DNA of 51,535 nt from NCBI GenBank assembly GCA_050253075.1, contig JBFWJS010000009.1, forward strand, positions 1-51,535. Reading direction: 5' to 3'. Positions 1 to 10,263 of this stretch are shown piece by piece. A program made the translations under genes and the position numbers. A model generated the notes under the pieces. It had not been told where the DNA came from. It saw only the letters and a program-made list of their open reading frames with translations, and did no database searches. Within the stretch, counting starts at the first letter, position 1. Each line of letters starts with the position of its first letter. The DNA comes from Deferribacterales bacterium (GTDB lineage: Bacteria; Chrysiogenota; Deferribacteres; Deferribacterales; Geovibrionaceae).

Positions 1-54
1 GGACTCAAAATCCCTTTTCCTTTGGAAGTGCGGGTTCGATTCCCGCCTTCGGCA
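1..54 (+). tRNA. tRNA-Leu(CAA), 3' portion (5' end outside window)
   Basis: Anticodon arm GGA-CTCAAAA-TCC, long variable arm, T arm GCGGG-TTCGATT-CCCGC, acceptor 3' strand CTTCGGCA. Confidence 0.9.
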
Positions 55-136
55 CTCTTTCTCATTCTTTACTTGTCCGATATTTTTCAAAATATATTGA
101 ATTACAAGCATTTTTCAGGTTATAATTTTCCATACA

Positions 137-221
137 ATACCGTAAGATTCCTCGGACTACCAGAAAAACTGACGGTATCAGTGACGGTATAAACGAAATC
201 GCCCAAAAGGAGATACCGTCA
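137..221. repeat. Putative integrase arm-type sites (left end)
   Basis: TGACGGTAT at 170-178 and 182-190; inverted ATACCGTCA at 213-221 and ATACCGT at 137-143. Confidence 0.65.
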
Positions 222-1411
222 TGGCTTTAAACGATAAACAAATCTCTAGTGCGCAATATATTGATAAACAATATAAAATTCAAGACGAAAAAGGCATGTA
301 CCTTTTGGTGACTAAATCTGGTAAATATTTTAGACTAGATTACAGATTCGGCAACAAAAGAAAGACCTTAGCATTAGGAGTATATGACGAAACCACATTA
401 AAAGATGCTCGAACTAAAAGAGATGAAGCAAAGAAATTACTTGAGCAAGGCATTGACCCATCACTATTAAAACAACAGATAAAAAAACAAATAGTCAGTG
501 ACACTGAAAATACTTTTGAAGCGTTGGCACTTAAATGTTTTGAAAACTATGATCCACGTTTATCAAAAAAACATGTCGAGAGAAAATGGCGCAGGCTTGA
601 AAAACATGCACTGCCCTACCTAGGTAAAACACCGATCAAACACATAACTGCGCCAATGATTTTAAGCGTTATACAAAAGATTGAAAAACGGGGGAATTTT
701 GAAACTGCTCATAGGGTATTTGGTGTTTGCAGTGAAATTTTTGTATATGCAATCGCAGATGGTCTAATAGATAGGGACCCCACAAGAGATATACATAAAG
801 TTCTAAAGCCTAAAAAGACGAAACGTATGGCGACAATAACTGACCCTAAGAAAATAGGCCCTCTCCTTAAAGCTATTGACGACTACGACGGTTACTATGA
901 AACTCAGTGTGCATTAAAGCTTCTTCCACTTGTTTTTGTCCGTCCAGGAGAATTAAGACATATGGAGTGGGACGAAATTGACTTTGAAGAAAAACTTTGG
1001 ACAATACCTCCAGAGAAAATGAAAATGCAACGAGAACACATAGTCCCTCTTTCAGTACAAACATTAGAAATTATTAAAGACATACAACAGATTACTGGGC
1101 AATGGAAATATGTCTTTCCTTCAATACGCTCTAAAGATCGACCTATGAGCGATAACACAATAAATGCTGCAATTAGAAGGCTTGGCTATACTAAAGAAGA
1201 ACTTACAGGTCACGGATTCAGAAGTATGGCATCAACTCTTTTGAACGAGAAGAACTGGCCTTCAGATCACGTAGAAGTTCAACTAGCACATGTAGATGGT
1301 AGCGTCCGAGGGATATATAATAGTGCAATCTATCTTGAATCTCGAATTAAAATGATGCAGTGGTGGGCAGACTACCTTGATGAATTGAAAACAAATACAA
1401 AAAACAATTGA
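221..1411 (+). CDS. P4-like tyrosine integrase with arm-binding domain
   Basis: N-terminal arm domain (GMYLLVTKSG..FRLDYRFGNKRKTLALGVY); catalytic VRPGEL, HGFR, QLAH and Y motifs. Confidence 0.95.
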   Translation: MALNDKQISSAQYIDKQYKIQDEKGMYLLVTKSGKYFRLDYRFGNKRKTLALGVYDETTLKDARTKRDEAKKLLEQGIDPSLLKQQIKKQIVSDTENTFEALALKCFENYDPRLSKKHVERKWRRLEKHALPYLGKTPIKHITAPMILSVIQKIEKRGNFETAHRVFGVCSEIFVYAIADGLIDRDPTRDIHKVLKPKKTKRMATITDPKKIGPLLKAIDDYDGYYETQCALKLLPLVFVRPGELRHMEWDEIDFEEKLWTIPPEKMKMQREHIVPLSVQTLEIIKDIQQITGQWKYVFPSIRSKDRPMSDNTINAAIRRLGYTKEELTGHGFRSMASTLLNEKNWPSDHVEVQLAHVDGSVRGIYNSAIYLESRIKMMQWWADYLDELKTNTKNN

Positions 1412-1441
1412 CGTTTAATATACAGCTGTATACTATAAAGT

Positions 1442-2428
1442 ATGTTAAATCTTAAAACTGGTATAATGAATGCAGTCATTACAATAAGTATCGAAGAGGC
1501 ACTCAGTAATCCTGAAAAGTGCAAAGAAATGAATTGGCTGGAAATATACACATTATTATATGAAGTAAATATTTCTGAATATTGGCGAAAAACTGCAAAT
1601 TCATTTTCAGATTGGCTGACTAAAAATTCGTACATTTTTAATAAGCAAAAGGCAATACTATGGCGTGCATTTTCTGCCGGTAATCACCTTATAGAGATTG
1701 GTAACGATTTACAAGCTTCTGGCTGTTCTATGGTGGATATTCTGCCTCCTGAACAGCTAAGTCCTGCCAACATTGAAACTTTATACAAATTATGGCGTGT
1801 GATGGAACCAACAGAATATAGAACAATAGCGCTTAAGACACTTCAGGGCACAATCAGAGGCAATGAACTGCAAAGCTTATGGAAACTCTATAAACCAGCA
1901 TTAGAAGGTCAGAACGCGCGTGGCAGAGGCAGTAGCAACTTAAATATATCTAACCTTTCCACAGAGGGAATGATTGAAATAAAAAAGGCTAATGCGATAC
2001 AAAAAATAAAGCGTGACTTAAACGTTTGGATCACTACTAATAAGAAAGAGTTTGTACATTTTATCGATTACTTTGATTTTAAACATGATAAAACTAACTA
2101 CAGGTTTGACACTCTCGCATTAGTTAAAACTAGTGACCATAAAATAATATATTATGCATTTGTTTATGAAAGTGACTTCATCAAAAATGCAACTAACTAT
2201 AAACACAAACAATTCTGTGATTACTTCTGGATCATGTTAGATGCGGATGAGAGTATCGACTACGACAGCATTCTGGATGACTGTGATTCAAAATATGACA
2301 ACAGGGTTGGATATTTGAATGTTAAAAATGATGCCCTAGAGGTACTTTTCCCAAACTTCGGTAATGATAATCCTTCTAAAGAACAACTAACACAATACAT
2401 AATAGAGCGTTTAATAACAAAGAAATAA
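1442..2428 (+). CDS. Hypothetical protein with a possible C-terminal MmcB-like PD-(D/E)xK nuclease fold
   Basis: 328-aa ORF; RFDTLAL...ESDF...FCDYFWI resembles MmcB-type motifs; start may be the ATG at 1466. Confidence 0.55.
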   Translation: MLNLKTGIMNAVITISIEEALSNPEKCKEMNWLEIYTLLYEVNISEYWRKTANSFSDWLTKNSYIFNKQKAILWRAFSAGNHLIEIGNDLQASGCSMVDILPPEQLSPANIETLYKLWRVMEPTEYRTIALKTLQGTIRGNELQSLWKLYKPALEGQNARGRGSSNLNISNLSTEGMIEIKKANAIQKIKRDLNVWITTNKKEFVHFIDYFDFKHDKTNYRFDTLALVKTSDHKIIYYAFVYESDFIKNATNYKHKQFCDYFWIMLDADESIDYDSILDDCDSKYDNRVGYLNVKNDALEVLFPNFGNDNPSKEQLTQYIIERLITKK

Positions 2429-2480
2429 TACTTTTGACTTATTTAGTCTATAGCAATATACCAACATGGTGAGGTCCCAG

Positions 2481-2678
2481 ATGGAACAAAAATTTTTAAA
2501 AAGAATCGAAGTTGAAAAGATTACAGGACTCTCTAGATCTCTAATATATGAGTTAATGAACACAAACGAATTCCCTCACCCAGTTAAGCTGACCAAGAAA
2601 TCAGTGCGTTGGGTCAAAGCTGAAATTGATGAATGGTGCAACGAAAAAATCCAAGACCGTAACACAAGACAGCAATAA
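2481..2678 (+). CDS. alpA: AlpA family transcriptional regulator/excisionase
   Basis: FLKRIEVEKITGLSRSLIYELM...FPHPVKL...VRW..AEIDEW; RBS GAGG before ATG 2481. Confidence 0.9.
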   Translation: MEQKFLKRIEVEKITGLSRSLIYELMNTNEFPHPVKLTKKSVRWVKAEIDEWCNEKIQDRNTRQQ

Positions 2679-2859
2679 CTTCCACACATTCAAAAACTCA
2701 TTTGATTTACTAACCTATATATATATATATTTCCATGATATATATCAGAGGTTTTATAATCATATTGTCCAATTGGAAACGCAAAGAACAAATAGACACT
2801 ATGTTGCATAATAATTCATATGTGAATATAATAGCTGTAACTGTTAAAAGGATGGCAAC

Positions 2860-4722
2860 ATGTGGCATGATATTGAAACAAATGATGATTTACTAAATTT
2901 TCAGATAATCGCAAAAACTGCAGCCAGTTTAATTACTGAGTCTGAAAACGAGCCCCTTTCTATAGGCGTTTCAGGTAATTGGGGAACAGGAAAATCCTCT
3001 TTACTTAAAATGATTGAATCGCAATTGAATTCAATAAATAAAGACAATAATTATGTATTCTTAACTTTTAATGCTTGGCTTTACCAAGGATATGATGATG
3101 CAAAAATAGCTTTAGTGCAAAAAGTTGCTGACTTGCTTCTAAAAGAAGCTGAAAATCGTAAATCTGCTATAGAAATTGCAAAAGAATTTGTCGGAAGAGT
3201 AAATTGGTTAAAACTTGCTAAGTTTTCAGCTCCTGCTATTAGTGCAATGCTTACAGGCGGTGCCGATGGTGGGGCAATTGGTACTTTTATGGCGTCATTA
3301 ACTAATTTATTCAGCAAGGAATCAGCTGAATTAAAACATGACGAGTTGATTGCATTAAAAGATCAATTTAAAAGCATTTCCCCTGATCTAGCAAAAATAC
3401 TTCAAGCTAAACAAGATGTATCTGTACCTCAAGAAATAGAAGATATGAGAAGTTTATTTAGAGACCTCTTAGAAGAACTCAATATTAAACTAATCGTCTT
3501 TGTTGATGACTTAGACAGATGCCTACCTGAAACTGCAATCTCAACTCTGGAAGCTATGAGGTTATTACTGTTTATGCAAAGGACTGCATTTGTTATAGCA
3601 GCTGATGAACAGATGATAAGAAGTGCCGTTAAATCACACTTTAACAATGCAGACTTGGACGGAGATATAGTTACTAGTTACTTTGATAAACTTATCCAAG
3701 TACCCTTGAGAGTTCCTAGGCTCGGAGGTAATGAGGTTAAAGCGTATATCATATTATTACTAGCAGAAAGAGCATGCAAACAAGGAAAAATAAGTAAAGA
3801 GGAAAAGATTAAAGGTAAAAATGAAATTTTAACGATCATAAACAAGAGCTGGGAAGGTGGATTGAACCGACAAAAAATTGAAATTGCATTTGATGATTCT
3901 GCGAAAAGTATCTCAACTGAAATAGACATAGCTGATCAGCTAGCGAATATAATGACAACATCAAAATATATCCAAGGCAACCCCAGACTAATCAAACGCT
4001 TTCTAAATAATCTAATAATCAGAGAGACCATAGCAAAAGCTCAAGGTATGACAGTTGAATTCGGTGAGCTTGCAAAAATTCAATTATTAGAGAGATGTGT
4101 CTCAAACAGCGCCTTTGAAAAATTTGCTAGTGAAGTTGCAAAATCTGATAATGGTAAATTAAAAATCATTAAAGAAGCTGAGTTTAAGATTGCTAAGGGT
4201 GAAGAATATATAAGCCCAGTAGAGGAATTAAATTCTGATTTCTTTCATGAGTGGCTAACTCTATATCCGCCTTTAGGAAACACTGACTTGAGACCTTTAA
4301 TGTATTTAAGCAGGGATAAAGCAATCTCAATTGGCAATCTCGATGAATTATCAAAAGAAGCCCAAGATATATATGAGGCAATTTTAGTTGCCTCAAAACT
4401 TCACTTTGTTAAAAAAGAAATTGAAAAACTAGACAATATTGAAGCTGAAAAAATATTAAATCGATTAATACGTAATGCAAGATCAAAGCAATATGAATTA
4501 GATGCAATTTCTCAAGCCGGATTCATAGTCAAATGCTTTCCTAACCTTGCTCAACATTTTTGTGAGCTGTTAGATGAAATACCATATGATAAAGTTAGCC
4601 CGGCGTTACCATCAATTATTAAAAATGAACAATGGGCTAACAAGATTCTTGAGAAATGGTCGAAGGCAGAAGGGTACGATAAACTAAACAGAGCAGCTAA
4701 AACTGCCAAAGGAGTAAAATAA
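2860..4722 (+). CDS. qatA: Qat anti-phage system KAP-family P-loop ATPase QatA
   Basis: MWHDIET start, Walker A GNWGTGKS, FNAWLYQGYDDAK, Walker B VDDLDRC, NPRLIKRFLN; first gene of a four-gene overlapping operon. Confidence 0.9.
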   Translation: MWHDIETNDDLLNFQIIAKTAASLITESENEPLSIGVSGNWGTGKSSLLKMIESQLNSINKDNNYVFLTFNAWLYQGYDDAKIALVQKVADLLLKEAENRKSAIEIAKEFVGRVNWLKLAKFSAPAISAMLTGGADGGAIGTFMASLTNLFSKESAELKHDELIALKDQFKSISPDLAKILQAKQDVSVPQEIEDMRSLFRDLLEELNIKLIVFVDDLDRCLPETAISTLEAMRLLLFMQRTAFVIAADEQMIRSAVKSHFNNADLDGDIVTSYFDKLIQVPLRVPRLGGNEVKAYIILLLAERACKQGKISKEEKIKGKNEILTIINKSWEGGLNRQKIEIAFDDSAKSISTEIDIADQLANIMTTSKYIQGNPRLIKRFLNNLIIRETIAKAQGMTVEFGELAKIQLLERCVSNSAFEKFASEVAKSDNGKLKIIKEAEFKIAKGEEYISPVEELNSDFFHEWLTLYPPLGNTDLRPLMYLSRDKAISIGNLDELSKEAQDIYEAILVASKLHFVKKEIEKLDNIEAEKILNRLIRNARSKQYELDAISQAGFIVKCFPNLAQHFCELLDEIPYDKVSPALPSIIKNEQWANKILEKWSKAEGYDKLNRAAKTAKGVK

Positions 4723-5549
4723 TGGGGACTTCTTCATCAAGCTCAGGACCAGGGTCCAATGTTCCACTAGATCCTGCATGGCTTAATAACATACTTCCTG
4801 ACCTACTTTTTGGAGACTTGCCTAATATTTTACAAGGGACTCCAGCAGTCGAACCTCCAAACAGGGAAGAAATTGCAGCTCCACAACGTTTTAATGGGGC
4901 AAGAAGAAATTTAAACAAGTTTGCCAAAACTGGCAGTACAGAAAATCTAAGGCGAGCCTTGGGGAATTATTCCAAGAATGGAATGGGTGGGGCAAATAGA
5001 CTTGCATCAAGGATGAAAGTCCCTTCTGTTGTCGGAGTTGGGATGTATCGCCTTCTCCAAGAGATGGGTAACCCAACAGATCCTAACACAAAAAAATGGA
5101 TCGATAACATAGTCAATAATAATTTATCCGCGTATGAAATTGCTGATCAAATATGTCATAAAATAATTCAAAATGGCGGCACTGTTGATGAAGAATCTGC
5201 TCGTAATTCAATAAATACAGCAATCTCTGACTTAATACAAAAAGATCCTAATGTTGATCTACTAAAGCTATCCAACGAGGATATTTGGTATGTTATAGAA
5301 TGTTTCATAGGCGAAGAGGTTTCTAATAGAGTTATTTTAGACATCGGTCAATACCTTGAAACAAGCGATATCTCTCCAAAAGATAGGGTTGAGCGTTATA
5401 GTGAAATGAGTGATTATATTAAAGCTGAGGTCGCATCAAATATTGAAGATGTTAGAAATAAATATAGTAATCCAACCCCAAAACAAATATTTCAAATATT
5501 ACATGACTCTATTAAAAATACTTTCGAAGTTTTTGAAGGTGACTTATGA
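4722..5549 (+). CDS. qatB: Qat anti-phage system protein QatB
   Basis: MGTSSSSSGP..VPLDPAW N-terminus, RF.GARR motif, lies between the KAP ATPase and the QueC-like gene. Confidence 0.85.
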   Translation: MGTSSSSSGPGSNVPLDPAWLNNILPDLLFGDLPNILQGTPAVEPPNREEIAAPQRFNGARRNLNKFAKTGSTENLRRALGNYSKNGMGGANRLASRMKVPSVVGVGMYRLLQEMGNPTDPNTKKWIDNIVNNNLSAYEIADQICHKIIQNGGTVDEESARNSINTAISDLIQKDPNVDLLKLSNEDIWYVIECFIGEEVSNRVILDIGQYLETSDISPKDRVERYSEMSDYIKAEVASNIEDVRNKYSNPTPKQIFQILHDSIKNTFEVFEGDL

Positions 5550-6832
5550 GAAAAGTAGTTTGTTTACCAAAGAACCTACTCCCCAATAGGCTAAATTCAA
5601 ATACAAAATATTTTATTACATACGGTATGCCTCTTAATAAAAGCATAGTCGGGTATTTCGCTCATGATTTAAAAAACTATATGAAAAGGAATGGTATTGT
5701 TCCATCAGTTAGTGCGTGGGATTTTAACACAATAGCATTGTCAGTAGTTGCTGCAGATAAGTCTTTAAAAAGGTCTCTGAGTGCAGATGGTTGGACAAGA
5801 GAAATTCAGCTTGATATTCACTTGGTGGATCCTAAACCTTGGTATCTTATTAAAAGTGACTTAGCAAAAACTTTACAATTTCTAACTGGAGATTTATGGG
5901 AAATCAATTTTCTTGATGGAGGGACCCCTCCCCCAACTATTAATAAACCAAAAAATTATGATGCAGACTCTGTTTCTTTACTTTCTGGAGGTGTGGATAG
6001 CTTAGTAGGAGGGATTGATTTAGTTGCTAGTGGTAAAAAGCCAATTTTACTTTCACAAACAGTAAGGGGTAATGCTGTAGCACAACAGCTATTTGCGAGC
6101 CGACTTGTACCAGATACACACCATTTTCAAATAAGCCATAAGCTACATTGTCTTAGTGGTGAGTCTGAAGACTCTACCCGTGCAAGATCTATTACATTCT
6201 TTTCTTTTGCTGCTATGCTTGCATCATATTTATCGACAATAAAAGGTCATAATATTGATCTGGTCGTTCCTGAGAATGGCTTCATTAGCTTAAACCCACC
6301 TTTAAACACAGGTAGAATAGGAAGTTTTAGCACAAAGACTACGCATCCAGTATACATGGCAGGTTTGCAAAAGATTTGGAACGCAATTGGTTTAGATGTG
6401 CAGCTAATCTCCCCATATCAATTTCAAACAAAAGGCGAAATGCTTTCTAACTGTTTAAATACCCAACTTCTAAAGTCACTCATAGCAGACTCAACCAGTT
6501 GTGGCAAGTTTGGAAGAAATAAAATGCAGCACTGCGGTAGATGCGTCCCTTGTATGGTAAGGCGAGCAGCTTTTTTAAGTTCAGGATTTACCGACAACAC
6601 AATTAAAGGGTACACCTATCAAAATATTGCGACAGGTGGCCGCTCTAACGGTCCTAATGATATTGGTGCAATGGCTGCATTTTGTTTGAAATATAGAGCA
6701 AAGGGCATAGATAATCTCGTTCAAGGCAGTTTGTCCTTTGCTGACCCAAGTATGAGGAACAACTACTTAAGCGTTATTGAAAGAGGAATAATTGAACTAG
6801 AAGCGCTATTAAAACATCATAGAGTATTATGA
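5546..6832 (+). CDS. qatC: Qat anti-phage system QueC-like protein QatC
   Basis: PP-loop SGGVDS, DGWTR, VPENG.ISLN.PL, STKTTHP, Zn site SC...HCGRCVPC. Confidence 0.9.
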   Translation: MRKVVCLPKNLLPNRLNSNTKYFITYGMPLNKSIVGYFAHDLKNYMKRNGIVPSVSAWDFNTIALSVVAADKSLKRSLSADGWTREIQLDIHLVDPKPWYLIKSDLAKTLQFLTGDLWEINFLDGGTPPPTINKPKNYDADSVSLLSGGVDSLVGGIDLVASGKKPILLSQTVRGNAVAQQLFASRLVPDTHHFQISHKLHCLSGESEDSTRARSITFFSFAAMLASYLSTIKGHNIDLVVPENGFISLNPPLNTGRIGSFSTKTTHPVYMAGLQKIWNAIGLDVQLISPYQFQTKGEMLSNCLNTQLLKSLIADSTSCGKFGRNKMQHCGRCVPCMVRRAAFLSSGFTDNTIKGYTYQNIATGGRSNGPNDIGAMAAFCLKYRAKGIDNLVQGSLSFADPSMRNNYLSVIERGIIELEALLKHHRVL

Positions 6833-7554
6833 TAGATTTCCATACTCACTTAGATTTATATACTAATGCATTAGCAATTTTACCCAAGGTAAACAAATGC
6901 AACCTTTTTACCTTAGCAGTCACCACCAGTCCTCGTGCTTGGGTTATGGCAAATAAATATTTCCAGCCTTACAAAAACATACACGTAGCACTCGGGCTAC
7001 ATCCAGAAAATATTATTAATAAGCAAAATGAGATCGACTATTTTATTAAATCTATTGAATCGACCAAGTATATTGGAGAAATAGGAATTGATGGTTCTTC
7101 CAAAAATAAGCACTCATTGCCTAAACAAGAGTCTTTTTTTGAAAGAGTAATTGCACAAAGCCAAAAGTTTAAGGGAAAGATTTTCAGCATCCATTCAAGA
7201 GGAGCAGCTGCGAAGGTTCTAGATATACTAGAAAGTTACCCTAATTCGGGCAAATATGTACTACACTGGTTCACAGGGACAACAAAGCAACTTTCTAAAG
7301 CAATAGATATGGGATGTTATTTTAGTGCAGGACCAGTAATGACTCAAAGTAAAAATGGGCAACAGATTTTAAACATGATTCCCAAAGACAGAATTGTGCC
7401 CGAGTCTGATGGACCTTTTGTTAGGTTTAATAACGATCCTATTATGCCTTGGGATGCCATATTAATCAAAGATTACCTATGCAGACAATGGCAATATACT
7501 GAAAAACAAGTAATAAGCGTTTTTAGACAAAATTTAAAAAATATCCACTCATAA
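6829..7554 (+). CDS. qatD: Qat anti-phage system TatD-family nuclease QatD
   Basis: IDFHTHLD, GLHP, IGEIGID, IHSR, LHWF and ESDGP motifs. Confidence 0.92.
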   Translation: MIDFHTHLDLYTNALAILPKVNKCNLFTLAVTTSPRAWVMANKYFQPYKNIHVALGLHPENIINKQNEIDYFIKSIESTKYIGEIGIDGSSKNKHSLPKQESFFERVIAQSQKFKGKIFSIHSRGAAAKVLDILESYPNSGKYVLHWFTGTTKQLSKAIDMGCYFSAGPVMTQSKNGQQILNMIPKDRIVPESDGPFVRFNNDPIMPWDAILIKDYLCRQWQYTEKQVISVFRQNLKNIHS

Positions 7555-8567
7555 CAACTTAAAAAGACATTGAGACTCAATAATTTGTGAAGCTTGTTAT
7601 TTGCTCCTATAGAGCATTTCTTTACCAGTCCAGCCAATAGAACCTTTACATGAACCCATGCAATTTTCATATCATCCTGAAGCTCTTCTAACAGTCTAAC
7701 CAGACTTCCTTCTTCAACATCACACAAAAAAACCGGAGCTGTAATATTAGGTTCTTTTAAGAGTTTTGTATATTTTAAATATATCTTTGTATTATCTAAC
7801 GATGTTGGGGCTGTAATGCTCAGATTATTATTTATAGTCTTCTGGTTATAAAAGTTATTTGTATTATTAGTTGTCGAGGAATTATCTACTTTATTAGAAA
7901 TATTCAAATTAACAGAGTTGTTATTTCCATTAATTGTTGGTGACTGGTTATTTGAATTCATGTTCTCCGCAACACTGTAAGATGGCACAAAATACAACAA
8001 AAAACCAATAATAGAACAAATACTACCGACTACACCTAGTGTTTTCATTGGATTCTCCTTTAAATAATTAAGTACTAGTTTGAAACTCGGTTCAATATCT
8101 GCCTTATATATTTTAGATTTTTTAATCTTAGAAAGTACCCCATTAATTGCATCTATCATTTCTACTTGTTTATCAAAGAGTGCTACCATCATTTTTAAAG
8201 AATGTAATTCTATTTGTTGGTCTATTAGACAATTCTTAACTGCATTTGAAATTTGTTTCAAATCATTAATTTTTCCGCACCAGTCACTTTCGAAGGAATT
8301 TACATAGGAAAATATAGTAGGGTACTCATACGCAGAGTTAAACATTGGCAATTTAAATGAAAAATGATGTGCTACATCTCTTCCTACTATATATATTTTC
8401 TGTAGTTGATGACTTATGCTTTGTTCATAATTATATATGTCAAAGAAATCTTCGTCATTTTTAAGTCTAGGCCACAAATTGGAATCATTATCACGAAAAA
8501 CTTCGGCATACTCAAGTAAGCTATAAAGCATTTCTTCAATTGATTGAAAGTCTTTACGTATTTTCAA
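7473..8567 (-). CDS. Hypothetical single-TM protein with Asn-rich linker and SH3-like C-terminus, probably frameshifted near the 3' end
   Basis: TM segment LGVVGSICSIIGFLLYFV; an alternative frame near 7650 reads GSCKGSIGWTGKEMLYRSK-stop(7597), which would remove the overlap with qatD. Confidence 0.55.
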   Translation of the reverse strand: MKIRKDFQSIEEMLYSLLEYAEVFRDNDSNLWPRLKNDEDFFDIYNYEQSISHQLQKIYIVGRDVAHHFSFKLPMFNSAYEYPTIFSYVNSFESDWCGKINDLKQISNAVKNCLIDQQIELHSLKMMVALFDKQVEMIDAINGVLSKIKKSKIYKADIEPSFKLVLNYLKENPMKTLGVVGSICSIIGFLLYFVPSYSVAENMNSNNQSPTINGNNNSVNLNISNKVDNSSTTNNTNNFYNQKTINNNLSITAPTSLDNTKIYLKYTKLLKEPNITAPVFLCDVEEGSLVRLLEELQDDMKIAWVHVKVLLAGLVKKCSIGANNKLHKLLSLNVFLSCYEWIFFKFCLKTLITCFSVYCHCLHR

Positions 8568-8601
8568 GATTCCCGCCTGTATACTATATAATATAAGTAC
8601 T

Positions 8602-8946
8602 TTACATTATATTTTTCAAAGCTTCAAGCATGCTGAGAATTTTCACTCTCTGATCAGCTTCAGAGCTGTTTAAGGCATTTTGGATATCTAGAATCGTCCT
8701 ATCTATTGTGACTTTGTTTTTGTCTGTTACAAGGTCGCAGATGTGCACTTCAAGGGCATTTGCGATGTTGGTGAGGATGATTAAAGACGGATTGGCTTTA
8801 CCAGTTTCAAGGTGTGATATGTATGTAGGGTGCAGATCTGAAAGTTCAGCAAGCTTCTCCTGTGAGAATCCCTTTGCCTTACGGTTCTCCCTAATCCTTT
8901 CCCCCAAAGCTTTTAAAATATCTTCATTAATGCCTTTTTCATACAT
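8602..8946 (-). CDS. XRE-family HTH regulator
   Basis: LGERIRENRKAKGFSQEKLAE...TYISHLETGKANPSL. Confidence 0.9.
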   Translation of the reverse strand: MYEKGINEDILKALGERIRENRKAKGFSQEKLAELSDLHPTYISHLETGKANPSLIILTNIANALEVHICDLVTDKNKVTIDRTILDIQNALNSSEADQRVKILSMLEALKNIM

Positions 8947-9077
8947 TTAATGAATATATTATTTAAGCCGCCATACAAACATAGAGTATAATACATATTA
9001 TTTGATTTAGTATTAATTATACCTTATCATAAATGTCAAAAATTAGACTATTATCTATTTTCAATAGGAGTGTTAAA

Positions 9078-9965
9078 ATGAAACAAGTTGTTCTGATTCT
9101 TTTGACTGTGATGACACTGGCAACAGGTGGCGCACAAGCAAATAACGTGTATTGTCAAAACTTCGTAGATACTTTTAAAGACATCAAGTCTGGAAGTAGA
9201 GACGGAGCAATTGTCGCAAATGATAGAGATACATATTTTCCAGGCAAATACGGTAGCTTTGATGTAGTGGCTAATAAATTATATAGTACTGACAAAGATA
9301 AAGCTTACCAACTTAGTAAAAACGGTAGTTATGCCACAATGATTAATTCTGTAGCAGACTACATAGGCCGCAATAACAATCCTGCTCAACTTGCTGTATT
9401 ACAGGAGCTTGTAAACGGTATCTTAATTAAACTAAAAAATGGCACATATACTGTTGTGTCACCAGCTGTATGGCTACATACTTAACTGTCACATATTAAT
9501 TATGCTTGGGACATTGTAGAAATGTTGTTCATGGAAGATGGGTTAATAGACTATTATAAAAAGAATACTTCTCAAGAGAGCCTTAATTATGTTCAATAGA
9601 TGTACTTTTATTTTGGTGCAAAGCTGGAATTAATCTCTGCTCTAGCACAACATGATCTGGCAGCGGTAGATAAGGTGTTAAATACAGGTCGTCCAGCTCC
9701 AGCATGTTTGGATTATTTTGAATCATCTCCGAAAAGTATAAACAGCTTAATTATTAGGCTAGAAACAGAGTGTAACAACTATAATGCAGTTTCATGTTCC
9801 CAGTTAGGACTTTTTTATGAAAAAGGTATAGGAACTAAAAAGAATTTAGTTACCTCTAATGCCTATTATCTGAAAGCATGTAAATTCGGACATACTATAT
9901 CCTGCTATGCTGATAAAAGTCTTACTACTCCAAGAGGTAAAGAGTTTACACCTTACATCCACTAG
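9078..9965 (+). pseudogene. Secreted Sel1-like repeat protein interrupted by two in-frame stops
   Basis: AGGAG RBS and signal peptide MKQVVLILL...AQA; ORFs 9078-9485 and 9600-9965 share a frame, with stops only at 9483 (TAA) and 9597 (TAG); Sel1 motif CSQLGLFYEKGIGTKKN...YYLKAC. Confidence 0.7.
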
Positions 9966-10035
9966 ATCATATAATCTGAAGTAGACAAGGATGTTATTTA
10001 TAACTAATCGTTGAATGGTAGTGCTGCTTCTAGCA

Positions 10036-10263
10036 TTACCATTTTCTCTGATATTTGATAGACTTCATCTTAAGGCGCTTTTTTCTAAAGAGCGCCTTTT
10101 TCTTTCGAGCATCAATTATTTTTTGTTTTCCATCTAGGTCTCTTGCCTTTTTTTGAGCATCCTTTTGTTCTAATCGGTTAAGCCAAAATGTTCCTATTGC
10201 AAGAGGAATTATGGAAAGAGCTATAATTATAAGAATTCTCGTCATAACTATTTCATAAGTCAT
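10036..10263 (-). CDS. Small single-TM protein with basic tail
   Basis: ATG overlaps the upstream stop (TAATG); ILIIIALSIIPLAIGTFWL followed by a Lys/Arg-rich tail. Confidence 0.55.
   Translation of the reverse strand: MTYEIVMTRILIIIALSIIPLAIGTFWLNRLEQKDAQKKARDLDGKQKIIDARKKKALFRKKRLKMKSIKYQRKW

Noticed and set aside
2626..2811. 61-aa ORF and (TA)n run upstream of qatA
   Set aside because: It overlaps alpA, has no RBS and is low complexity; probably promoter region.
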